Shown here: piece after piece, positions 11,156 to 23,412 of the stretch | Numbering within the stretch: the first letter of the stretch is position 1 | Layout: every line of letters begins with the position of its first letter | From: an uncultured delta proteobacterium | GTDB lineage: Bacteria; Desulfobacterota; Desulfuromonadia; Geobacterales; Pseudopelobacteraceae | Assembly (NCBI GenBank): GCA_963772835.1 | Contig: CAVYYZ010000008.1 | Span: 32,001-96,000, forward strand | Length of the DNA stretch: 64,000 bases | Direction of reading: 5' to 3' | Notes under the pieces: model-generated | Told to the model about the DNA's origin: nothing | Databases searched by the model: none | What the model saw: the letters and a program-made list of their open reading frames with translations, nothing else | Made by a program: the position numbers and the translations under genes

Positions 11156-12619
11156 ATGAAAAAACTGATTATACTGCTGGCCCTGCTGCTGGTTCCGTTA
11201 ACCTCCGTCCCGTCTTTTGCGGCTGCAGCCCGGATACGGGTGTTTGTCGCCGATATGAATGCATCCGGAGTGCAGAATCAGGGAGATATGAAGGTGACAC
11301 TGCAGACATTACTGGCTTCGCGCCTGAACGGTGAAAAGATTATTGCCGTGGGGAGTGCAGCAGAAGCGGATGCCCTGGTAAGCGGCAGTTATGTCTCGAT
11401 CGGCAAGGTTTTCAGTATTGACGCCGTCGCCACAACAGCAGATGGCAAAACCGTTGCCAGGGCCTTTGTGCAGGGGGGAACGCAGGATGAATTGATTCCG
11501 GCCGTCGGGACACTTGCCGAAAAGCTTTCGGCTGAACTGATCAGGCTGCACTCCAGCGGCCGGTTGAACGTCGCTGCAGAACAGCCGCTGCCGGCGATAA
11601 TTGCCGCGCCCACGGGTAATCTCATCAAAGCAGACGCGCAGGGACCGGGCGCCGCCGGCGACTGGCTGAGCAAACGATTGACCGGCGCGGCCAATCTGAT
11701 GGCCATCGGCAGGAATATGCCTGACGGTGACCGGGAGATCTTTCTTGCAGAGGGACAGCGACTTGCATACTACCGCCAGGGGAGCGACATGAAGCTGGTG
11801 GCCGAGGCCGGGTTCTCCCCTGCGGAAAAAATAATCTCCCTGGATACGATTGCCGCAGATGACGGCAGCATCGATATCTATGTTACCATCATCCGGAGTG
11901 GCGAGCCGCTTTCACAGGTCTGGCAGGTTTCAGGAGACAAGCTGATACCGGTTGCCGGGAAGCTCCCCTATTATTTCCGGAGCGCACAGCTGGCCGGTGG
12001 TCCGAAGAAGCTCTACGCCCAGTCCATGGGACGTGAAGACATTTTCTACGGTGATGTTGCCGAGGCAACCCGTCGTGGCGCCGTTATCACCCTTACGAAT
12101 AAAATTAAAATGCCCCGGTATGGTACGATCTACAGCTTCAACCAGTTTCGTGACCGTGATGGCACAACATTCACTGCGGTCATCAATCCCGATGGCTACC
12201 TGATCGTGTATGACCAGAAACTGAGTGAACTCTGGCGCAGTAATGACAAATTCGGCGGCTCGGAATTGTATTTCCAGCAGGAGGATGACGCCAATGTACG
12301 ACTCACCGGCGACAAGTACCGCTGGAACTTCATGAACCAGCGAATACAGGTTTCCGCACGGGGCGAGATTCTGGTGGGTAAGAATGACGGTTTCTGGGTG
12401 CTGGGTAACGCCCGGTCCTACAAGCAGGGGGCGGTGTACTGTATGGTATGGAACGGCACGAGCCTTGAGGAAAAGTGGCGAACGCGCCAAACCCAGAATT
12501 ATATGCCCGATTATTTCTTTGACGAAAGCCGCAGGGAACTGCTGGTCCTGCAGACCGTACAGCGCCCCGGTTTCGGCACGGGTGGCGCATCCTCACTCAC
12601 GATTAAAAAAATCGAGTAG
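11156..12619 (+). CDS. exported hypothetical protein (possible FG-GAP/VCBS beta-propeller)
   Basis: GGAGG RBS, signal peptide, 487-aa ORF. Confidence 0.7.
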   Translation: MKKLIILLALLLVPLTSVPSFAAAARIRVFVADMNASGVQNQGDMKVTLQTLLASRLNGEKIIAVGSAAEADALVSGSYVSIGKVFSIDAVATTADGKTVARAFVQGGTQDELIPAVGTLAEKLSAELIRLHSSGRLNVAAEQPLPAIIAAPTGNLIKADAQGPGAAGDWLSKRLTGAANLMAIGRNMPDGDREIFLAEGQRLAYYRQGSDMKLVAEAGFSPAEKIISLDTIAADDGSIDIYVTIIRSGEPLSQVWQVSGDKLIPVAGKLPYYFRSAQLAGGPKKLYAQSMGREDIFYGDVAEATRRGAVITLTNKIKMPRYGTIYSFNQFRDRDGTTFTAVINPDGYLIVYDQKLSELWRSNDKFGGSELYFQQEDDANVRLTGDKYRWNFMNQRIQVSARGEILVGKNDGFWVLGNARSYKQGAVYCMVWNGTSLEEKWRTRQTQNYMPDYFFDESRRELLVLQTVQRPGFGTGGASSLTIKKIE

Positions 12620-12653
12620 ATGATCCGGCCGGACAGGATCCGGGTGGTCACAC

Positions 12654-12677
12654 GGCGGGAGCGATCCCGCCTTTTTT
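12654..12677 (+). terminator. intrinsic terminator
   Basis: GGCGGGA-GCGA-TCCCGCC + T6. Confidence 0.75.
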
Positions 12678-12765
12678 GCGGTCTTTCCTTTGACGATTGC
12701 ACAGAGCTGTGCTACATTCTCGCCACACAAAATCCGGAGCCTGTTTTCCTGACGGATCAGTCAAA

Positions 12766-13575
12766 ATGTCCACTGAAAAGAGCATAATCCCTTTGAAATC
12801 ACACACCAAAATAATCTGTATTGCCAATCAGAAAGGCGGTGTCGGCAAGACGACCACTGCGGTTAATCTGGCGGCGTCTCTGGCCGCAGCAGAGATGCCG
12901 ACATTGCTGGTCGATACTGACCCGCAGGGGAATGCAACCAGCGGAGTCGGCATTGACAAGGCCGCACTGAAGCATACCGTCTACGATGTCCTGATAAACG
13001 AGGCGGACCCCCGGGGAGTGATCGCAGACACCGGACAGCCGTTCCTGCATATCCTCCCCGCCAACTCCGACCTTACCGGCGCCGATCTGGAGCTGGCGAC
13101 CATGACCGGGCGGGAGCAGAAACTTAAATATGCGCTGGCATCCCTGTCAGAGCAGTACCGTTACATTATCATTGATTGTCCGCCATCGCTCAACCTGCTG
13201 ACGATCAATGCCATGACAGCCGCTGATTCGGTGCTGATCCCGCTCCAGTGCGAATACTATGCGATGGAAGGGCTTTCGCAGATTCTTCAGACCATACGGC
13301 TTATCCAGAAAAATCTGAATCCGCTTCTGACGATAGAAGGGATATTGCTGACTATGTTTGATGCGCGCGGAAATCTGGGGAAAGAGGTGGCAACCGAGGT
13401 GCGAAGCCATTTTCCCGGCCAGGTATTTGATGCGGTCATCCCCCGCAACGTGCGTTTAGCCGAAGCACCAAGCCACGGCAAGCCGATCATTTATTATGAT
13501 ATTACCTCGCGCGGCGCAGTCAGCTATCTTCAACTGGCACGCGAGATTATCCAGAGGGAGAAGAACAATGGCTAG
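12766..13575 (+). CDS. parA: chromosome partitioning ATPase ParA/Soj
   Basis: NQKGGVGKTTT, DPQGN, IIIDCPPS, IPRNVRLAEAPS; start codon uncertain. Confidence 0.93.
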   Translation: MSTEKSIIPLKSHTKIICIANQKGGVGKTTTAVNLAASLAAAEMPTLLVDTDPQGNATSGVGIDKAALKHTVYDVLINEADPRGVIADTGQPFLHILPANSDLTGADLELATMTGREQKLKYALASLSEQYRYIIIDCPPSLNLLTINAMTAADSVLIPLQCEYYAMEGLSQILQTIRLIQKNLNPLLTIEGILLTMFDARGNLGKEVATEVRSHFPGQVFDAVIPRNVRLAEAPSHGKPIIYYDITSRGAVSYLQLAREIIQREKNNG

Positions 13576-14422
13576 AATAGGCGGCCTCGGTAAAGGTATG
13601 GCTGCGCTGATGCAGATAACAGAAACAGTCGATGAGTCAAAAAACTACTTTATCTGCCCGATTGAAAAGATCCGCCCCAACAGAAACCAGCCCCGTAAAC
13701 ATTTTGCGTCGGACAAGCTGGAGGAGCTGGCCGCTTCGATCCGCGAGAAAGGAATCATCCAGCCGCTCGTCGTCACCAGAAAAGACGGCGGGTATGAAAT
13801 CATCGCCGGAGAACGCCGCTGGCGCGCGGCCCAGAAAGCCGGACTGCATGAGATCCCGGTCGTTATCCGCGAAGCTACTCCGGACGCTGTCATGGAACTG
13901 GCTCTGATAGAGAATATTCAGCGCCAGGACCTGAACGCTATTGAAGAGGCCATGGCCTACCGTTCCCTTGTGGATCATTTCTGTATCTCCCAGGAAGATG
14001 TGGCCCGCAGAGTCGGCAAGAACCGTACAACGGTGACCAACGCGTTGCGGCTTCTGAGGCTCCCGGAAGTGATACAGCGCGATATCGTGGAAGAGCGTCT
14101 CAGCATGGGGCATGCACGGGCATTATTGTCACTTGAAAGCGGCGAGCAGATCGAAAAAGCGCGCCACGAGATACTGCATCGTCAGTTGAGCGTCCGGAGC
14201 ACCGAAGATCTTGTGCGCCGACTGAAGGCGAGTCCGCATTCGGTGCCGGTCAAGCGGATGCAGCAGCCGGATCTGCTGATGTCTTCGCTGGAGGAACAGC
14301 TGCAGAAACGCTTCCAGTCGCGCGTCGCGATCCGTAAAGTTGGCACCAAAGGCGGCCGGCTTGAAATCCACTTCAGTGATTCGGAAGAATTGACCAGGAT
14401 TATTGATCTGCTGGATATGTAG
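13568..14422 (+). CDS. parB: chromosome partitioning protein ParB/Spo0J
   Basis: GLGKG N-terminus, QPRK, IIAGERRWRA, ENIQRQDL motifs. Confidence 0.95.
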   Translation: MARIGGLGKGMAALMQITETVDESKNYFICPIEKIRPNRNQPRKHFASDKLEELAASIREKGIIQPLVVTRKDGGYEIIAGERRWRAAQKAGLHEIPVVIREATPDAVMELALIENIQRQDLNAIEEAMAYRSLVDHFCISQEDVARRVGKNRTTVTNALRLLRLPEVIQRDIVEERLSMGHARALLSLESGEQIEKARHEILHRQLSVRSTEDLVRRLKASPHSVPVKRMQQPDLLMSSLEEQLQKRFQSRVAIRKVGTKGGRLEIHFSDSEELTRIIDLLDM

Positions 14423-14641
14423 GGCTGAAAACTCTGCTACACGCAGAGACGCAATGTCGTGAACGTAAAAAAAATGCAAAAGTAAACAGCCATAGATCGG
14501 CTGTAAAACGGCGACCGACCATTGGGCAGGCTGTTTATTACGCAATAATAGTGGTGCCGTATCTCTGCCTCCTGTGCCGCTGTACTTCAAAAGATGTACG
14601 TTGAAATCCCAAAATAAATATACCATGTGTGTTCAATTTTC

Positions 14642-14669
14642 TTGACAGCCGTCAGCAAATAATGATAGT
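14642..14669 (+). promoter_or_regulatory. candidate promoter of atp operon
   Basis: TTGACA, 16 bp, GATAGT about 70 bp upstream of first atp gene. Confidence 0.4.
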
Positions 14670-14736
14670 TAGCCTCTGTTTAACACCCGAATCTGGGATA
14701 CAGTATACAACTTAGTATACCTGCAAGGGGTAGGTC

Positions 14737-15162
14737 GTGATTGAATTAAATTTGTCGTTCTTTATCCAGCTGATCAATTTCGGCATCCTCGTTTTGGTTC
14801 TTAACATCTTTCTGTACAAGCCGCTCCGCAAGGTGCTGGCCGATCGCCGGCAGGTAATAGAATCGGCCCGCGAGAAGACCATGTCGGTTGATGCGGAAGT
14901 ACAGATCAAGATGGATCAGTATCAGGCCCGTTTGCATGATGCCAAAGCAGAGGCAGGCGCCCGCCGCGCCGAGGCGGTGAAAGCCGCTCAGGTTGAAGAA
15001 GCAGCCGTGCTTGAAAAAGCCCGCACGCAGGCTTCCGCGTCCCTGGTTTCAATTCGGGACAGGATTGCCAAAGAAGCGGGTGAGGCACGTGTGTTGCTGA
15101 AAAAGCAGGCCGAGGTTCTGTCCGGTGATATCTGCGAGAAAATTCTCGGGAGGAGCCTGTAG
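14737..15162 (+). CDS. F0 ATP synthase subunit b'
   Basis: N-terminal TM (FFIQLINF...LYKP) plus coiled coil; first gene of atp cluster. Confidence 0.9.
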   Translation: MIELNLSFFIQLINFGILVLVLNIFLYKPLRKVLADRRQVIESAREKTMSVDAEVQIKMDQYQARLHDAKAEAGARRAEAVKAAQVEEAAVLEKARTQASASLVSIRDRIAKEAGEARVLLKKQAEVLSGDICEKILGRSL

Positions 15163-15164
15163 TT

Positions 15165-15772
15165 ATGAGTATGGTATCCGGTAGATCCAAAAAAATAATT
15201 ATCACGCTGGCATATATCTCTGCACTTGTCCTGCTGGCGTCTGTCGGCTTTGCTTCTGAGGGTGGTGAAGGTGCTCACCATGTGGACAGCGGTGCTCAGA
15301 TGAAGGACTTCGGCTGGCGCGTTCTCAACTTCGCCGTTCTTCTAGGCATAATAGTCTGGGCTCTCAAAAAAGCAAACGTGAAGGGTTCACTTGCCGCCCG
15401 CCAGGCCGATATCGAGAAGAGCTTGAAAGATGCTGAATCAGCCCGTGACGCCGCCGAAGCCAAATTGCGTGAGTACAGTGGCAAACTTGATCAGGCTTCG
15501 AAGGAAATAGACGAACTGCATGCCGCGATCATCCGTGAGGGTGAGCAGGAAAAGAACCGGATCATTGCTGAGGCCAACATCGCCGCAGAAAAAATAGTAG
15601 CGCAGGCGGCATTGTCAGCCGAGCAGGAAACAGTGAAGGCCCGCAATGAACTGCGAGCCGAAGCAGCGAGGCTTGCCGTCGAAATTGCAACCGGCAAACT
15701 GACCGGCGCCATCCAGAAGAACGACCACGACAGATTTGTCGGCGAATATCTTGACAAGGTGGTACAGATCCA

Positions 15773-15776
<4 letters not shown>
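15165..15776 (+). CDS. atpF: F0 ATP synthase subunit b
   Basis: WRVLNF TM plus coiled coil; operon position. Confidence 0.9.
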
Positions 15777-17832
<2,056 letters not shown>

Positions 17833-17849
17833 CAAGGACGGTTTGAGTT

Positions 17850-18716
17850 ATGGCAAGCCTTAAAAGCATAAAAAAGCGGATTGTATCCGTAAAAAATACC
17901 CGTCAGATAACCAAAGCCATGAAAATGGTTTCGGCTGCAAAGTTGCGCCGTGCTCAGGAAAACGTTGTGGCTGCCCGCCCGTACGCAAAAAAGCTGGGTG
18001 AAGTGCTGCAATCTCTGTCTGCAAATCTTGAAGGCGATCTACACCCGCTGCTCGAGAAACGGGACGCCAAAAAACTTCTTTTAATCGTCCTTACTTCGGA
18101 TCGTGGTTTGTGCGGTGGTTTCAATACCAACCTTTGTAAGGCCGCTGACCGTTTTATCAAGGAAAAGAAAGATTCATTCGAGCAGATCAGCGTCATGACG
18201 GTTGGCCGCAAAGGGTATGAGTTTCTCAAAAGCCGCTATACGATATATAAAAACTTTGCCAATGTTCTGGCGAAGCCGAACTATCAAACCGCAGCCATGC
18301 TTGCTCAGGAAGTTATCGACGGTTTTGTCGCAGAAGAATATGATCAGGTCGAGCTGCTGTATAACTCTTTCCGTACGGTAATGACACAGGATATTACGTT
18401 CGAGCAGATGTTGCCGGTAGCACAGGAAGAATCAGCTGATAGTGATGAGACCCCTGCAGAGTTCATCTATGAGCCATCGGTGAGAGATCTTCTCGCAGAA
18501 ATTCTGCCAAAGAATATTGAAGTACAGATTTTCAAAGCGATGCTGGAAACGGTCGCCGGAGAACATGGTGCCCGGATGACCGCGATGGATAGCGCATCCA
18601 AGAATGCCAACGAAATGATCGGCAAACTGACCCTTCAGTACAACCGGGCCCGTCAGGCGGCCATTACGACGGAGCTGATGGAAATTATCTCCGGATCCGA
18701 ATCGATAAAAGGTTAA
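17850..18716 (+). CDS. atpG: F1 ATP synthase gamma
   Basis: [34 protein letters not shown]. Confidence 0.99.
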   Translation: MASLKSIKKRIVSVKNTRQITKAMKMVSAAKLRRAQENVVAARPYAKKLGEVLQSLSANLEGDLHPLLEKRDAKKLLLIVLTSDRGLCGGFNTNLCKAADRFIKEKKDSFEQISVMTVGRKGYEFLKSRYTIYKNFANVLAKPNYQTAAMLAQEVIDGFVAEEYDQVELLYNSFRTVMTQDITFEQMLPVAQEESADSDETPAEFIYEPSVRDLLAEILPKNIEVQIFKAMLETVAGEHGARMTAMDSASKNANEMIGKLTLQYNRARQAAITTELMEIISGSESIKG

Positions 18717-18812
18717 GCCCCGATAAACGGGATAAGTGCGTTAACGAAATTAATTTATAAACGCTTAAAATAATTTCTAACTTACTAAACACTACTACGT
18801 AACACTATATGA

Positions 18813-20258
<1,446 letters not shown>

Positions 20259-20265
20259 ATTATCC

Positions 20266-20317
20266 GTAGGGGCGCATTGCATGCGCCCGAATGAGGGTGG
20301 ATGCAATGCGCCCCTAC
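20266..20317. repeat. GTAG-type REP inverted doublet (REPIN-like) between atpD and atpC
   Basis: GTAGGGGCGCATTGCATGCGCCC, 6 nt, then an inverted copy (21/23 identical) ending CGCCCCTAC. Confidence 0.8.
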
Positions 20318-20329
20318 AAGGAATGATAT

Positions 20330-20746
20330 ATGGCTGAAAAGATGAAGCTTGAAATCGTTACTCCCTATAAAAAAGTAGTTGAAACCGAAGTTGAGGAGGT
20401 TACTGCAACCGGTAAACTCGGAGAATTCGGCGTACTACCGGGACATGCACCATTTCTGACATCGCTCAAGATTGGTGAGCTTGTCTATAAGAATAATGGC
20501 GTCGCTGAACACATGTCGCTTAACTGGGGTTATTTCGAGGTGCAGGACGACAAGATCATCGTGCTGGTGGAAACTGCCGAGACCGCAGAAGAGATCGATA
20601 TCGAGCGAGCCAAAGCCGCTCTCGGACGTGCTGAAGATGCACTTAAAAAACTTACTCAGGAAGACAAGCAGCATAAAATTTATGAGGCCGCTCTCGAACG
20701 GGCTATTATCCGCATGCAGGTAGCCGGAAAAGCTGTCCGTAAGTAG
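20330..20746 (+). CDS. atpC: F1 ATP synthase epsilon
   Basis: LEIVTP, GEFGVLPGHAP, EEIDIERA. Confidence 0.98.
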   Translation: MAEKMKLEIVTPYKKVVETEVEEVTATGKLGEFGVLPGHAPFLTSLKIGELVYKNNGVAEHMSLNWGYFEVQDDKIIVLVETAETAEEIDIERAKAALGRAEDALKKLTQEDKQHKIYEAALERAIIRMQVAGKAVRK

Positions 20747-20772
20747 TCCGGCTTCATATATCAATTTCACCG

Positions 20773-20799
20773 AAGAGCGGCAGAGATGCCGCTCTTTTT
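20773..20799 (+). terminator. intrinsic terminator of atp operon
   Basis: AAGAGCGGCA-GAGA-TGCCGCTCTT + T-tract. Confidence 0.85.
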
Positions 20800-20874
20800 G
20801 TTTGTGTAGAATTTATACTGCGAGTTTGCTACAACTGATGCGTTATGAATTCTTTCTTTCTTTTGGAGAATAAT

Positions 20875-21381
20875 ATGCCACAGACAAGCGAACTGAAAAA
20901 ATTCAGATGTTACGAGATATTTTCCCAATCAACCGGTGTTGAAATCCGGGCTGCAATCAAGACTAATGAGGAAAACGGCCAGATTTCCGAACGAAGCGGA
21001 AGGATCCATCTCCGTTTTTTCAAACTGACACCGAAGACAAAACCGGATGATGTTACTCAGATCCGGTTTATCTGTGAGCCTGATGAGGCCTTCGGTTTAT
21101 CTCACGTGATACGTCAGGTTGCTGACTCTCCCGTTTCGTGCAAGGAAAAACTTAATCCGCACAAATTCTTTACCGGTGAGCAGGGTGAAGAAACCGTTAC
21201 GACTGTCTCCGTTGAGAAATGGGAACGGAATGGCAAGAGCGGGTATGCACTGACAGTAGGGCGTGGCAAAGAGTTTATCAGCGTGCCTGTGCCGCATGCA
21301 AAACTTCTCTTCGCCGGCGAGTTTCTGCGAACCCTTTCAACGGAGCAGTGTTGGGTTGAACGTGTTGAGAAAAAGCGTTGA
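20875..21381 (+). CDS. hypothetical protein
   Basis: GGAGA RBS, 168-aa ORF, no recognised motif. Confidence 0.65.
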   Translation: MPQTSELKKFRCYEIFSQSTGVEIRAAIKTNEENGQISERSGRIHLRFFKLTPKTKPDDVTQIRFICEPDEAFGLSHVIRQVADSPVSCKEKLNPHKFFTGEQGEETVTTVSVEKWERNGKSGYALTVGRGKEFISVPVPHAKLLFAGEFLRTLSTEQCWVERVEKKR

Positions 21382-21441
21382 ACTCAATACCTGGTTCGTA
21401 CCAGATAGAGACTAAAACAGTATTCCCGGGGAGGAAAATAT

Positions 21442-22443
21442 ATGTCAGCACCTGAATGGACAATACCTGACCTGTTACAGCTGTCAGGAGGTTATTGGAG
21501 CGCCTGTGCACTGCATGCTGCTGTCAAGCTTGGTCTATTTACCGCTCTGGATGAAGGCGCGCAGACCGCTGACGAGATCGCCCGGCTGCAGAACTCAAAT
21601 CCGCGGGCAACCGGCATGCTGCTGGAAGCAGTGACGGCTCTCGGGCTGCTGGTGAAGGTTGATGCCACGTACACCGCTACACCGTTCGCGTTACGCACCC
21701 TTTCGAAAAAGAGACCGGGATACCAGGGGCATATCATCATGCACCATCATCACCTGATGTCCGGCTGGGCCCGGCTTGACGAGGCGGTGTACAGCGGTGG
21801 ACAGATCCGGGAAAGTGTATCCCATGGAGATGACGAGAGCGTCCGGGAAAGTTTTCTGATGGGGATGTACAACCTGGCGAGCCTGCTGGCGCCCCGGATC
21901 GCCGGCTCCATTAACCTGTCCGGCCGCCGGACCCTCCTGGATCTGGGTGGTGGTCCCGGTACGTACGCGATTCATTTCTGCCTGGCCAATCCTGAACTGA
22001 CTGCTGTCGTGTACGATCTGCCCGCCACCCGGAGTTTCGCAGAAGGAACGATAGCACGCTACGACCTCGCTCAGAGAATTGCCTTCGTTTCCGGCGATTT
22101 CAATGCCGACCCTGTCACCTCGGGCTTCGATGTTGTCTGGATCTCCCATATCCTGCATGCCTATGGCCCGGCGGAATGTGCCGCGCTGCTGCGCACGGCG
22201 GTCGCTGCTCTCAATCCGGGCGGTGAGTTGATGGTGCAGGAATTTATTCTGGATGACACCCGTGACGGGCCACTTTTCCCGGCGCTCTTCTCGCTCAACA
22301 TGTTAATCGGGACCGGTGCCGGACAATCCTATGCCGAATGTGAGTTAAGAAGTATGATGGAAGCCGCCGGACTGTCCGACGTATCCAGACTTGTACTTGA
22401 ACTCCCCAATGGCGCCGGGGTGATATCGGGCCGGAAACAGTAA
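21442..22443 (+). CDS. SAM-dependent O-methyltransferase with dimerization domain
   Basis: LHAAVKLGLF dimerization, LLDLGGGPG, SHILH motifs. Confidence 0.9.
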   Translation: MSAPEWTIPDLLQLSGGYWSACALHAAVKLGLFTALDEGAQTADEIARLQNSNPRATGMLLEAVTALGLLVKVDATYTATPFALRTLSKKRPGYQGHIIMHHHHLMSGWARLDEAVYSGGQIRESVSHGDDESVRESFLMGMYNLASLLAPRIAGSINLSGRRTLLDLGGGPGTYAIHFCLANPELTAVVYDLPATRSFAEGTIARYDLAQRIAFVSGDFNADPVTSGFDVVWISHILHAYGPAECAALLRTAVAALNPGGELMVQEFILDDTRDGPLFPALFSLNMLIGTGAGQSYAECELRSMMEAAGLSDVSRLVLELPNGAGVISGRKQ

Positions 22444-23364
22444 TTGGAGGCAAAACGCTACAATCAGTTTTCCGGAGAGCTGAAGCAGATATTCGGCTGC
22501 AAGGTGCAGCGCATCTCGATTGATGCCGGCTTTACCTGTCCTAATCGCGATGGCTCGCTGGGCAGTGAGGGGTGCATCTTCTGCGGCGGGCACGGTTCCG
22601 GTTCGCATGGAATCCGTCGTGATCTTGATATTTCCGCGCAACTTGAAGACGGCAAGGAAGTCATGCGCCGCAAGTTCCGGGCCTCGAAATTCATCGCCTA
22701 TTTTCAGGCATATTCCAACACATACGCTCCTGTAGACCGTTTGCGGGCATTGTTCTCTGAAGCGTATTCAGTGCCGGATATTGTCGGCCTGATTGTTGCC
22801 ACGCGACCTGATTGCCTTTCGAATGAAACGCTTGAATATCTCCAGGAACTTAATGAACAGACCTATCTCTGGCTTGAACTGGGTATGCAGTCCATATATG
22901 ACCGGAGCCTGACTTTCATCAATCGTCGCCACGACCACAGCTGTTCTGTCGATGCGGTTCAGCGTGCAAAAGCGCGGGGATTACGGGTCTGTGTTCATAT
23001 CATACTCGGAGTGCCGGGCGAAACACGGGAAGATATGCTTGCCATGCCGGAAGAGCTGAACCGGCTCGGCGTGGACGGCATCAAGCTGCACCTGCTGCAT
23101 GTCATGAAGGGGACGAAGCTGGCCGGGATGTACGGGAAGGGTGAGGTGAGTGTGCTGGGGAGAGACCAGTATGCCGGCCTCGTCTGCGATTTTCTTGAAC
23201 GGCTTGATCCGGGTATCCTGATTCAACGTCTGACCGGTGACGGCGGGCACGACAATCTGGTGGCTCCGTTATGGTCATTGAAGAAGTTCGAAATTCTCAA
23301 TCTGATCGATTCAGAGATGGAGCAGCGCGGGACGCGCCAGGGGAGCTTCAGTAAAAACAGATGA
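22444..23364 (+). CDS. radical SAM protein, TIGR01212/YhcC family
   Basis: CPNRDG...GCIFC, YFQAYSNTY, TRPDC, GIKLH motifs. Confidence 0.9.
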   Translation: MEAKRYNQFSGELKQIFGCKVQRISIDAGFTCPNRDGSLGSEGCIFCGGHGSGSHGIRRDLDISAQLEDGKEVMRRKFRASKFIAYFQAYSNTYAPVDRLRALFSEAYSVPDIVGLIVATRPDCLSNETLEYLQELNEQTYLWLELGMQSIYDRSLTFINRRHDHSCSVDAVQRAKARGLRVCVHIILGVPGETREDMLAMPEELNRLGVDGIKLHLLHVMKGTKLAGMYGKGEVSVLGRDQYAGLVCDFLERLDPGILIQRLTGDGGHDNLVAPLWSLKKFEILNLIDSEMEQRGTRQGSFSKNR

Positions 23365-23412
23365 GGCCCGCGGGTTGCTGATGCAGAAAGTGAAAAACAG
23401 TGGCAGAAAGCG

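Noticed and set aside
12620..14736. parS sites or oriC near parAB
   Set aside because: No TGTTTCACGTGAAACA-like palindrome or DnaA-box cluster seen
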